Part shown: in pieces, positions 44,541-53,230 of the stretch
How positions within the stretch are numbered: the first letter of the stretch is position 1
How the letters are laid out: each line of letters begins with the position of its first letter
Source of the DNA: an uncultured bacterium
Lineage (GTDB): Bacteria; Armatimonadota; UBA5829
DNA: 64,000 nucleotides
Assembly: GCA_938074205.1 (NCBI GenBank)
Contig: CALJES010000012.1
Location: 342,840 to 406,839, forward strand
Direction of reading: 5' to 3'
Program-made: the position numbers and the translations under genes
Notes under the pieces: model-generated
What the model saw: only the letters and a program-made list of their open reading frames with translations
The model's database searches: none
What the model was told of the DNA's origin: nothing

Positions 44541-45824
44541 ATGAAAGCTATTAGGCTACTGGCTATTGCTGCGCTGGCAGTACTGACGCTGTGCGAACTA
44601 GGCGTATGTGGTCCTATTTTAAAGGTCGAGAAGAAAGGAACGTATTTCTATTGGTTTGATTATACCGATGGCTTCGGGGGCAAACGTGTTACCCAGCCCA
44701 TCAAGTTCAAGGGCAACTCGACCGAGCTCGATACATCGGCTTTGGGGACAACCTTTAAGGGCGCAAAACTGTTCGTCATGAGCAAAAAAACCGGAAACCT
44801 CGCGATTCTCGACTATGCACCGGAAAAGAATCAGAAATCAGCCAAAGAGATTGTGCTTAAGAACGATGCGTTCGCGTATGTCCGCAACGTACGGCTGCGT
44901 ATCGTTGCAGAAGATGGTTCTCCCGTTGAAAGCGCCCTAGTCGAGATAACGGATGGCGAAGGAACACCGATGGCGGCGGTCATAACACCGGCCGATAACG
45001 GCACTGCAAGTTTTCAGAACGTTGCGGCAGGGGAGGTTAATGTCAAAGTCCGAGCAGCTGGCGTTACGAAGACAATAGACTCCGATATAGAAGTCCCGAC
45101 AAAGCGCGATAAACCCTGGTTCGAAAAAGACGTGAGGGTGAAAGGTGACGTGGATACTCTTCCCACTCAGGTTATTGTTCCCACTGAGGCCAAGACAGGT
45201 GAGGCCGAAACAGCAAAGCGCGAGCACGCATCTAGTCTAGATCTAGCTCTGCAAACGCTAGCTGGAATCATATTTTTGGTAATCGTTGTCGCCATCATAT
45301 ACGCAGTAGTTAGGGCCAGAGGCATCACTGTAGAACAAGCGCTGCGCAAATTGGGCGTTCAGTTGCCGGATAGTGCAACTGGTACGGCACAACCTGGCGC
45401 TGGTGAGGTCGGGCCAGCAACATCGGGTGTTGACCAAAGCATTTGTCCGTTCTGCGGCCAGAAGCGAGACGCTTCCGGAAACTGCGCTTGCTCTGTTCAA
45501 CCAACTGCTGCAACGCCCCAAACTGCATTCGACCTAGCACCTAGGCTAGTTGGTTTGACGGGGTTATATGCAGGCCAAGTGTTCGCACTCAGTTCGGGAA
45601 CTCAAGTTGTCGGTAGAGAAGCTGGGTGTCACGTGCCTCTGGTCAATGACAATACAACGTCGCGTCGTCACGCGACTATAACCGTGTCGCCAGACGGTTA
45701 CACGATTCGCGACGAGGGAAGCTCCAATGGTACGTTCGTAAACGGTGTTCGCATTCAGGAACAGAAGCTCACTCCCGGCGACGAGATTCAGATAGGCGCG
45801 ACCCGATTTCGGTTCGAGGTATAG
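44541..45824 (+). CDS. Single-pass membrane protein: exported carboxypeptidase-regulatory-like domain, TM, zinc motif, FHA domain
   Basis: Signal peptide, TM AGIIFLVIVVAIIYAVV, CPFCG..GNCAC, FHA motifs GR, SRRHA, SSNGTFVNG. Confidence 0.85.
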   Translation: MKAIRLLAIAALAVLTLCELGVCGPILKVEKKGTYFYWFDYTDGFGGKRVTQPIKFKGNSTELDTSALGTTFKGAKLFVMSKKTGNLAILDYAPEKNQKSAKEIVLKNDAFAYVRNVRLRIVAEDGSPVESALVEITDGEGTPMAAVITPADNGTASFQNVAAGEVNVKVRAAGVTKTIDSDIEVPTKRDKPWFEKDVRVKGDVDTLPTQVIVPTEAKTGEAETAKREHASSLDLALQTLAGIIFLVIVVAIIYAVVRARGITVEQALRKLGVQLPDSATGTAQPGAGEVGPATSGVDQSICPFCGQKRDASGNCACSVQPTAATPQTAFDLAPRLVGLTGLYAGQVFALSSGTQVVGREAGCHVPLVNDNTTSRRHATITVSPDGYTIRDEGSSNGTFVNGVRIQEQKLTPGDEIQIGATRFRFEV

Positions 45825-45871
45825 GATCGGGCAGGAGCGCCAGCCGACGTGACGGTTGTGCGGAGGCGAAG

Positions 45872-47371
45872 TTGATCCGAGTAATCCGATGTACACTTGG
45901 GGCGCTTACGGGGGCTATTGTGGCATGGGGGTCAATGGAATGGACGAGACTCTTGCCAGAGTCGCGCACGCCGGGTGTGGAAGTGATAATCCCGTACTCC
46001 TATCTGTTCATAATAGGACTTGTTTCAGGGCTACTTATCGGCCTCGCGGTGGGAATAGCTGAAGCTCTTGGAGCCTTTTCACCAAAAGAGGCGCGTAGGG
46101 GTCTTCTGGCTGGGGCAACGATGGGTGCAGCTGGTGGGGTTATCGGCGTCACATTGGGAAATGCGGTATATAATGCTATGCGAGCGCTCGCGGGCGGAAG
46201 TCCGTATGGTCCGCAGTTGCCATCAAATGTGCCTCCTGAAGCTAGAATTCCATCGGTCCCTGCTCCTATAGCATTCCTACTGCTGCTTATTGGCCGTGGT
46301 CTAGGATGGGCTCTCATAGGAGCTTTCATCGGAATTTCGCAGGGGATCGCCGCCGGTTCAATGAGGCGTATGGTCAACGGCACCGTCGGCGGATTTATCG
46401 GCGGCGGGCTTGGTGGATGCGTTTTCGAGATCCTTGTCTGGCTTAACAAGGGTGGTGTTGCAAATTTCCCGCCGGAGTTTATCCGCTTCATCAGTTTTAG
46501 CTCTACAGGAGCGGCAATTGGACTGTTTATCGGTTTTGCAGGGGAGCTCGCAAAGCAAGCCTGGCTGGTGCGTCTTGTCGGAATCAATGAAGGCAAGCAG
46601 TACATTCTCGAAAAGCCCGAAACGGTTATAGGGCGAAGCGAATTGGTAGACGTGCCCATATTCGGCGATCCGGACGTAGCAGAGCGACATGCGGTGATAG
46701 TTAAAGAAGTAGGGCGTTTCTACATACAAGACCTTGGCTCATACGCCGGAACATGGGTAAATGACGTCCGAGTATCCAAGCAAATACTGCAGGACCGTGA
46801 CACGATAACGTTAGGCAAAACTCGATTCTTGTTTAGAGAAAAGGCAACGGAGCGAATTGACTTTGCGCCGACAAACTCATACGGCCCCCGCGAAAAGATT
46901 CCAACATCGCCACACATATGCCCGTTTTGCGGGTCGGTCAAAGATGAAATGGGCAATTGCCAGTGTGCTGTACCTCCTGGGCCCACATCTCAGCCAACAG
47001 CGTCGACCCCAAGCCAGATTTTGCAAGTTAATCAGCCTATACAACCTTCTGATGTAACTGTGCCCATGGCGACAACCGTTGATCAACCGAAGCTAGTTGC
47101 CCTCACCGGGCCTTATGCGGGACGAACGTTCACGCTTAAGCCTGTGATTACTGAGATCGGCAGAGAAGCTACGAAAGACATATCTCTTTCGGTGGACAGT
47201 GCTGTCAGTCGGAAACACGCGCGCATAGTCCGCGAGGGCACCTCATACGTCATATACGATGAAGGCAGTACGAACGGAACATACGTCAACAACACTCGCG
47301 TAACAAGACAGGAACTTGTTAACGGAGACGTGGTTCAGATCGGCAGCACGAAGTTTATGTTTGAATTGTAG
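45872..47371 (+). CDS. Gly-rich multi-pass membrane protein with two FHA domains and a zinc motif
   Basis: About 6 Gly-rich TMs; FHA1 (GRS, AERHA, SYAGT); CPFCG..GNCQC; FHA2 (GRE, SRKHA, STNGT). Confidence 0.85.
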   Translation: MIRVIRCTLGALTGAIVAWGSMEWTRLLPESRTPGVEVIIPYSYLFIIGLVSGLLIGLAVGIAEALGAFSPKEARRGLLAGATMGAAGGVIGVTLGNAVYNAMRALAGGSPYGPQLPSNVPPEARIPSVPAPIAFLLLLIGRGLGWALIGAFIGISQGIAAGSMRRMVNGTVGGFIGGGLGGCVFEILVWLNKGGVANFPPEFIRFISFSSTGAAIGLFIGFAGELAKQAWLVRLVGINEGKQYILEKPETVIGRSELVDVPIFGDPDVAERHAVIVKEVGRFYIQDLGSYAGTWVNDVRVSKQILQDRDTITLGKTRFLFREKATERIDFAPTNSYGPREKIPTSPHICPFCGSVKDEMGNCQCAVPPGPTSQPTASTPSQILQVNQPIQPSDVTVPMATTVDQPKLVALTGPYAGRTFTLKPVITEIGREATKDISLSVDSAVSRKHARIVREGTSYVIYDEGSTNGTYVNNTRVTRQELVNGDVVQIGSTKFMFEL

Positions 47372-47438
47372 CCGGTATCTAAACGCAACGGAGTCGTAGG
47401 TCACTTGACTAATTCAATTCGATTCCCGAACTTACGGG

Positions 47439-48794
47439 GTGAATGGCATGGACGATAAAACGCACATTTTTCCGCCTGAAGATCCTAACAAAACGCATAT
47501 CAGCAGCTTCGATCCCAACGCAACTCAGCTTGCTGGGTCGATAGATCCGAACCGCACAGCGATGGCCGGAAGCATCAGGTCTCTCACTGTAGAGTGCGTT
47601 CTGGAAAACACCTGTGCCCTTGCAACTCAGGCGAGCCGCATGCATGTGTTGGTCAAGATCATTGCGAGTGGCAGCGCTATGGGTGCCCGAATGCCTCTGA
47701 ATTTGTGTCTGATTCTGGATCGCAGCGGGTCTATGGAAGGCTCGCCTATGGACTATATGAAACAAGCGTGCGGATATGTGGTAGACATGCTCCAGCCGAA
47801 TGATGTGCTGTCGATCGTGGCTTTTTCGGACGAGGCCGAAGTCATTATGCCGGCGCGCAGAGTTATCAACAAACAGCTTATAAAGGAGCACATAAACCGC
47901 CTCGAAGTGGGAAACACCACAAATCTCTACGACGGCATTGCACTCGGTGCAAGTCAACTGGCTGCCGTTGCTTCGCCTGGGTACGTGACTCGTGCCCTGC
48001 TGTTTACGGACGGTGAACCGACCTCGGGCAATAAAGACTTCAGCTCTATCGTTGGACAGGTAGTGGAACAGAAAAGTAGAGGTATCACGTTTACGGCTTT
48101 GGGCTTTGGGCCTGAGTATAACGAGGAGCTTCTTTCCGCCATCGCTAAGCGCAGCGGAGGCAACTACTACTACATTATGCGTCCGGAGCTAATACCTGAA
48201 ATATTCCGCAAGGAGCTCGAGTCGGTCATGATGACGGTGGCTCGGAACGTCAGGATGCGCGTACTTATGTCGCGGTGGGTGCAAGTTAGACAGATCTATA
48301 ACAAACTCCCCACCTATGGGCATCGAAGCGCCGAGGTCACTTTGGCGGATCTAGAACGTGGCGAACTGCAGACAGCTATTGTGGAGTTGGAGCTTGGACC
48401 GCGGCCTGGCGGCAGATACCGTGTAGCAAAAATCGAAATCATATACGATGACTCTTCCACTGGAAAAACCGAAACGGTTTCATCAGATGTAGTTATTAGC
48501 TTCACGACAGATGCTGCGCGCATCGCAGGCGGTTTCAACCCAGAAGTGCAGCGCGAACTTGAGGTAGCTAAAGCCTCGCGAAATCTCGAGCGCACAGTAA
48601 TGGGGATGCGCACACAGATGATATCGCCCGATGAGGCACTTAGAGAGCTGGAAAAGACACAGGCTCTACTTATCCAGCAGGGCAAGACTCTTCAGGCGCA
48701 GGATATCCAGAGAGCGATCGATCAGATCAAACAGGGAGCTGCAGCCGAAAAGACACTTATAGGTATAAACCTTGACCGGGAGAAAGCACAATGA
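47439..48794 (+). CDS. von Willebrand factor A domain protein with N-terminal Thr repeats
   Basis: MIDAS DRSGSM, TNL..G, FTDGEP, GGNYYY. Start is possibly ATG 47448. Confidence 0.9.
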   Translation: MNGMDDKTHIFPPEDPNKTHISSFDPNATQLAGSIDPNRTAMAGSIRSLTVECVLENTCALATQASRMHVLVKIIASGSAMGARMPLNLCLILDRSGSMEGSPMDYMKQACGYVVDMLQPNDVLSIVAFSDEAEVIMPARRVINKQLIKEHINRLEVGNTTNLYDGIALGASQLAAVASPGYVTRALLFTDGEPTSGNKDFSSIVGQVVEQKSRGITFTALGFGPEYNEELLSAIAKRSGGNYYYIMRPELIPEIFRKELESVMMTVARNVRMRVLMSRWVQVRQIYNKLPTYGHRSAEVTLADLERGELQTAIVELELGPRPGGRYRVAKIEIIYDDSSTGKTETVSSDVVISFTTDAARIAGGFNPEVQRELEVAKASRNLERTVMGMRTQMISPDEALRELEKTQALLIQQGKTLQAQDIQRAIDQIKQGAAAEKTLIGINLDREKAQ

Positions 48795-49696
48795 TGATGG
48801 AAGACGTAGATAAAACGATTCCAGCAGGAGATCTATATCCGGGAACAGTGCCCACAGTGAGCCGGACTGACGCAGAGCCTACGCAGATGGCCGTAAGTGT
48901 GGAGTGCCCGGTTTGCCATACGCCGAATCCCCCTGCGGAAGTCTACTGCATGGACTGCGGCTTTCTGTTGTCATCTACGCCTGAGGAGCGAATGGAAGAA
49001 TTTGAAGTTAGTCCTCCTGCCGTTCTGGTAACGCAAGACGGAACGCGCGAGTTTACACTGCGAGTCGGCGAGAACACTGTCGGCCGGCAGGATGCGGACG
49101 TGCTCCTTACACACAACACGGTTTCAAGAAAGCATGCTGTTGTTACCTTAGAGGATGGCAAGGTATATGTCGAAGATATCGGAAGCACCAACGGGACCTT
49201 TGTCGGTGGGAAAAAACTGGAGCCAGGGCAAAGAGTTGAGTTGGCTAACAGCGCAGAGGTAGTTTTTGGAAACCAGTTGCTAATTCTGAAACTTGTTGCC
49301 GCAACGCAGGAGAAGGCCGCTGAAGAAGAACCACCGCAGCAGAAATACGCTATCGAAACAGGTCAAATTAGTGTACAAGAGCAAGAGACAGAACAAGCCC
49401 AACTTGTTGCCAAGCTGGTGTCTGAGGACGGCAAGCTGTCTTATATTCTTGCTCCAGGAACGTACTCAGTAGGTCGCAGAGAAGGAAACGCCATCGTAAT
49501 TCCTGACCCGTATTGTTCCGGCAGTCACGCGGAGCTACGCGTTCAGAAAAGCCGGATCGAGGTTGTAGATCTCGAGAGCACAAATGGTACGTGGGTCAAC
49601 GGGGTAAGAATCGAGCCCAACGAGCCTCGTGAGGTGCAAATTGGCGACGAGCTGACTTTCGGAAAAACCGTGCTCAGATTAGAGGAAATGCAATGA
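48791..49696 (+). CDS. Zinc-ribbon + double FHA domain protein
   Basis: CPVC..YCMDCG; FHA1 (GRQ, SRKHA, STNGT); FHA2 (GRR, SGSHA, STNGT). Confidence 0.9.
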   Translation: MMMEDVDKTIPAGDLYPGTVPTVSRTDAEPTQMAVSVECPVCHTPNPPAEVYCMDCGFLLSSTPEERMEEFEVSPPAVLVTQDGTREFTLRVGENTVGRQDADVLLTHNTVSRKHAVVTLEDGKVYVEDIGSTNGTFVGGKKLEPGQRVELANSAEVVFGNQLLILKLVAATQEKAAEEEPPQQKYAIETGQISVQEQETEQAQLVAKLVSEDGKLSYILAPGTYSVGRREGNAIVIPDPYCSGSHAELRVQKSRIEVVDLESTNGTWVNGVRIEPNEPREVQIGDELTFGKTVLRLEEMQ

Positions 49697-50580
49697 CAGA
49701 CGACTCCAAACAGGAGATCACAGCCAAGATAAACACTGCCGAACTTGTTCAGGCTTGGGAAGAAAAAGCCCAAAAAGCAAGGCGTATCAAGCTGGTAACT
49801 GCTTTAGGTGCGCGAACAGATTTGGGACGTATTCGTGAGAACAACGAGGACAAGTTTGAGTTTTACATGCCCGAAGACGAAGAAACGCTTGCCAGAAAAG
49901 GCTGGTTCTTTGCAGTAGCAGATGGTATGGGAGGTCATTCGGCAGGTCAAATAGCCAGCGAACTTGCACTTAAGACTACCATAAGCAGTTACTACAGCGA
50001 CGATTCTCCTATTGTGGAAGAGTCTCTCAGAGCAGCCATAGCAAAGGCTAACGCGCTCATATTCGATACTTCGAGAGCCGTCCTAGAGCGCTCTGGCATG
50101 GGGACAACGATCACTGCGTTAGTATTGCGCGGAGATGAGGCGTTCGTCGCGCAGGTCGGCGACAGCAGGTGTTATCTAATGCGTAATGGCCGGTTGACAC
50201 AAATAACAGAGGATCACTCTTGGGTAAACGAGCAGGTAAAGCGCGGTGGACTATCGCGCGAAGAGGCAGAATGTTCACCATTCAAGAACGTCATCACTCG
50301 CTCGCTGGGGACATCACCTACTGTTGAGGTCGATTTATTCACTCAGGACATAATGCCAGGAGATGTTTTCCTGCTTTGTTCAGACGGTCTGAGCGGGGAG
50401 CTCAGCGATGACGAAATAAGAGACGTTCTAGCTGGCGAGTGTGCGTCTGTGGCAGCGTGGAAACTCGTTGACCGAGCTTTGGAAAATGGAGGGCACGACA
50501 ATGTCACGACACTTGTTGTTGCCATTAAAGATATCATTAGACCCAAAAAGAAAAGGCGCTTTTGTTTGCTGTGTGGCTAG
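49693..50580 (+). CDS. Stp1/IreP-family PP2C Ser/Thr phosphatase
   Basis: RENNED, VADGMGGH, GMGTT, VGDSR, LCSDGL, GGHDNVT. Confidence 0.95.
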   Translation: MTDDSKQEITAKINTAELVQAWEEKAQKARRIKLVTALGARTDLGRIRENNEDKFEFYMPEDEETLARKGWFFAVADGMGGHSAGQIASELALKTTISSYYSDDSPIVEESLRAAIAKANALIFDTSRAVLERSGMGTTITALVLRGDEAFVAQVGDSRCYLMRNGRLTQITEDHSWVNEQVKRGGLSREEAECSPFKNVITRSLGTSPTVEVDLFTQDIMPGDVFLLCSDGLSGELSDDEIRDVLAGECASVAAWKLVDRALENGGHDNVTTLVVAIKDIIRPKKKRRFCLLCG

Positions 50581-50635
50581 CAGCGCCGAAATTTTGTATA
50601 ACAATTGAATTGGTGTAACGTTCGACTAGGTAGTT

Positions 50636-52276
50636 ATGACGGTGTCTGCGCAATCAACCAACACTCTCGGAAAATACCAGATAATTAGGGAGATCGCTCG
50701 GTCGAACGATATCGTGTACGAGGCGATTGACCCGTCCATAAACCGACGCGTCGCCCTGAAGGAGCTTTGGCTTGACCCTAGTCTAACAGGCGTACAGAAG
50801 CGGGAACGCATAGAGCGCTTTTGGCGCGAGGGGAAAGCAGCCGGCCGACTGAGCCACCCGAACATTGTCACCATTTATGAGGTAGGGCGCGACGGTGATC
50901 GGTACTTTATTGCAATGGAATACCTGGAAGGACAGACCCTGCGCGATGTGTTGCAGGCGGGAGGTCCTTTACCCATCGAAACGATCAAGGATTACGTGCT
51001 CCAATTGTGCTCAGCACTCTCGTATGCGCACAGCAACGGCGTGATACACCGTGATATCAAGCCAGAAAACGTACAAATTCTTCCCGGCGGACATATCAAG
51101 CTGACGGACTTCGGCATTGCCCGCATAATGGGTGAGCCTGTAATCACACAGGACGGACAAGTTTTCGGAACTCCCAGCTATATGTCTCCGGAACAGGTCG
51201 CCGGTAAACCTATTGATGCACGATCCGACATCTTCTCTTTGGGAGTTCTGATATACGAAATGTTGACTGGCAAAAAGCCTTTTGCAGGTGACAGCCTCGT
51301 CACCATAACCTACAACATAATGAATATGGAGCCGCCTCCACCTCCTGGGGCACCGCCTTATTTAGCAGCAATTGTAAGAAAAGCAATGGCAAAGGACCCA
51401 GAGAAGCGGTATCAATCAGTGGACGAGCTGGCTGAGGATCTTCGGAATGAAAGATGTAGCGATCCGGATTTCTATACCGGTCTTGAATCACAACCCAGCA
51501 CTTCGGCCTCTCAGCTGACGAGACAGCAACCAGTTCCCGTAACAGGTTATAGCGCTCCAATGCCTTCGTCCACGACTGCTGGTCCGCCGGATCCTTTTGC
51601 GCAGCCTTTTCCGGCTCCCTCGCCGCCTCCTCCCCCGCAGCCGATACTCAGCGCGGAGACCCGAAGCTTTTTGGGAGTGTTTTTCCTCGTGATAGGTGTA
51701 GCTGGAATGATTATCTTCGCCATATGGGCGCTCAATATTGCGTATGAGAGTTATGTAACGGCTCAGACGACCTCTGCTGCTGCGCGATATTACGAACAAG
51801 GCATCGAACTACTAAAGAGGGGCAGATTGGATGTCGCGGAGCAGCAGTTTCAACACGCGATCAGGGTATCTCCTAAGTCAGAAATTGCAAAGTATTCGCA
51901 AGATGCAATCTACCAGATCTGGACAGCTCGCGCACATTCTTACGCAAGCCAGCGCAACCAGCGAGCGTTGGAAGAGCAAGCTCGCAGGATGATCGAGTTG
52001 AGGCCCAATAACCCTGAGGGCCACTTCTACCTAGGACTTGCCTACGAACGGCAAGGCAAGTTAAGTGAGGCCATTGCCGAGTACGAAAAGGCTTCGCTGT
52101 TGGCGGGTAACGACGAGGCAGGTTACGGACAAGCTTCTCGATCTAGGATTGAATACTTAAAAGACTTATTGCAAGAAGCTAACACGCCTGGTTCAATGCA
52201 ACCACCTACCTACGATGCACCGCAGCCGCCTTCGTCCGATATTCCGTATCAATGGCCGCCGCGTGGGAGTCCGTAA
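50636..52276 (+). CDS. Hanks-type Ser/Thr protein kinase with Pro-rich linker, TM and C-terminal TPRs
   Basis: VALK, HRDIKPEN, DFG, GTPSYMSPEQ, SDIFSLG; TM FLGVFFLVIGVAGMIIFAIWAL; TPR GHFYLGLAYERQG. Confidence 0.93.
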   Translation: MTVSAQSTNTLGKYQIIREIARSNDIVYEAIDPSINRRVALKELWLDPSLTGVQKRERIERFWREGKAAGRLSHPNIVTIYEVGRDGDRYFIAMEYLEGQTLRDVLQAGGPLPIETIKDYVLQLCSALSYAHSNGVIHRDIKPENVQILPGGHIKLTDFGIARIMGEPVITQDGQVFGTPSYMSPEQVAGKPIDARSDIFSLGVLIYEMLTGKKPFAGDSLVTITYNIMNMEPPPPPGAPPYLAAIVRKAMAKDPEKRYQSVDELAEDLRNERCSDPDFYTGLESQPSTSASQLTRQQPVPVTGYSAPMPSSTTAGPPDPFAQPFPAPSPPPPPQPILSAETRSFLGVFFLVIGVAGMIIFAIWALNIAYESYVTAQTTSAAARYYEQGIELLKRGRLDVAEQQFQHAIRVSPKSEIAKYSQDAIYQIWTARAHSYASQRNQRALEEQARRMIELRPNNPEGHFYLGLAYERQGKLSEAIAEYEKASLLAGNDEAGYGQASRSRIEYLKDLLQEANTPGSMQPPTYDAPQPPSSDIPYQWPPRGSP

Positions 52277-52346
52277 ATAATGAAGGTCTACGAATTCTAA
52301 GATATGAAGGATATGTGCAACTTTGGAATAATCCAAATAACTTGGT

Positions 52347-53150
52347 ATGACGAGGTGTAGTAGTTTGGCAGGAATCATTACTCTGACAACTGATTTTTCA
52401 ATGTCGGATACCTACGTGGGAATGATGAAAGGGGCTATCCTGAGCGTAGCTCCTGATGCAACTTTGGTAGACCTAGCCCACGATATTAATGCTCACGACG
52501 TTCTGGAGGCCGCATTCGTTATCCACACGTCCTATCGGTACTTTCCGCCTGGCACTGTGCACTTGGTGGTAGTCGACCCGGGAGTGGGGTCAGTTCGAAG
52601 ACGAATAGCGATGAAATGCGGTGAACACTATTTCGTCGGGCCGGACAATGGTGTGTTTACCTATATGATAAGGTCGTCAGACGGCTGTGAAGCAGTGGAG
52701 ATTGAAGCCCCCCGCCGAAATGGTGGGCTGCGCGGAGTAACATTTGAAGGAAGAGACGTTTTCGCTCCCGCCGCTGCTCGACTCGCACTAGGAGTTCCGC
52801 TTACTGAACTGGGAAAGCCTGCACACGACCTAGTGACTTTGGATATACCGAAGCCGCGCATAAACGAATCGACCATAGAAGGCAAAATAATTTACATCGA
52901 CCACTTCGGCAACTGCATATCCAATATCGAAGCATCACACATTGAATCTCTCAGCGGTTCGCCGCGTGTGTCGGTAGCCGGCCATGATCTGGGATCGCTT
53001 CGCTCCTCTTATGCAGACGTTCCGGTTGGCGAACCGCTGGCCATAATCAACAGTTTGGATCATCTGGAGATAGCTATCAACCAGGGCAATGCTGAACAGG
53101 ACCTAAACATAAAGGTCGGAACCCCGGTTCGAGTAAGAACTACCAGATAG
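52347..53150 (+). CDS. SAM hydroxide adenosyltransferase / fluorinase-chlorinase family (DUF62)
   Basis: LTTDF, VVDPGVGS.R, GPDNG, TFEGRDVF, IDHFGN. Confidence 0.9.
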   Translation: MTRCSSLAGIITLTTDFSMSDTYVGMMKGAILSVAPDATLVDLAHDINAHDVLEAAFVIHTSYRYFPPGTVHLVVVDPGVGSVRRRIAMKCGEHYFVGPDNGVFTYMIRSSDGCEAVEIEAPRRNGGLRGVTFEGRDVFAPAAARLALGVPLTELGKPAHDLVTLDIPKPRINESTIEGKIIYIDHFGNCISNIEASHIESLSGSPRVSVAGHDLGSLRSSYADVPVGEPLAIINSLDHLEIAINQGNAEQDLNIKVGTPVRVRTTR

Positions 53151-53170
53151 TTACCGTGTGCATCGAAGCC

Positions 53171-53200
53171 AAAAGTTAGGGGCGTCCGGAGGACGCCCCT
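53171..53200 (-). terminator. Hairpin between convergent genes
   Basis: Perfect 10-bp stem AGGGGCGTCC/GGACGCCCCT; AACTTTT follows on the minus strand. Confidence 0.7.
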
Positions 53201-53230
53201 TGCTGGCGCTATGCAGATGTGACTTTATTG

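Noticed and set aside
46000..46659. 219-aa antisense ORF and similar shadow ORFs
   Set aside because: They lie opposite well-supported genes, have no motifs, and are explained by codon bias.
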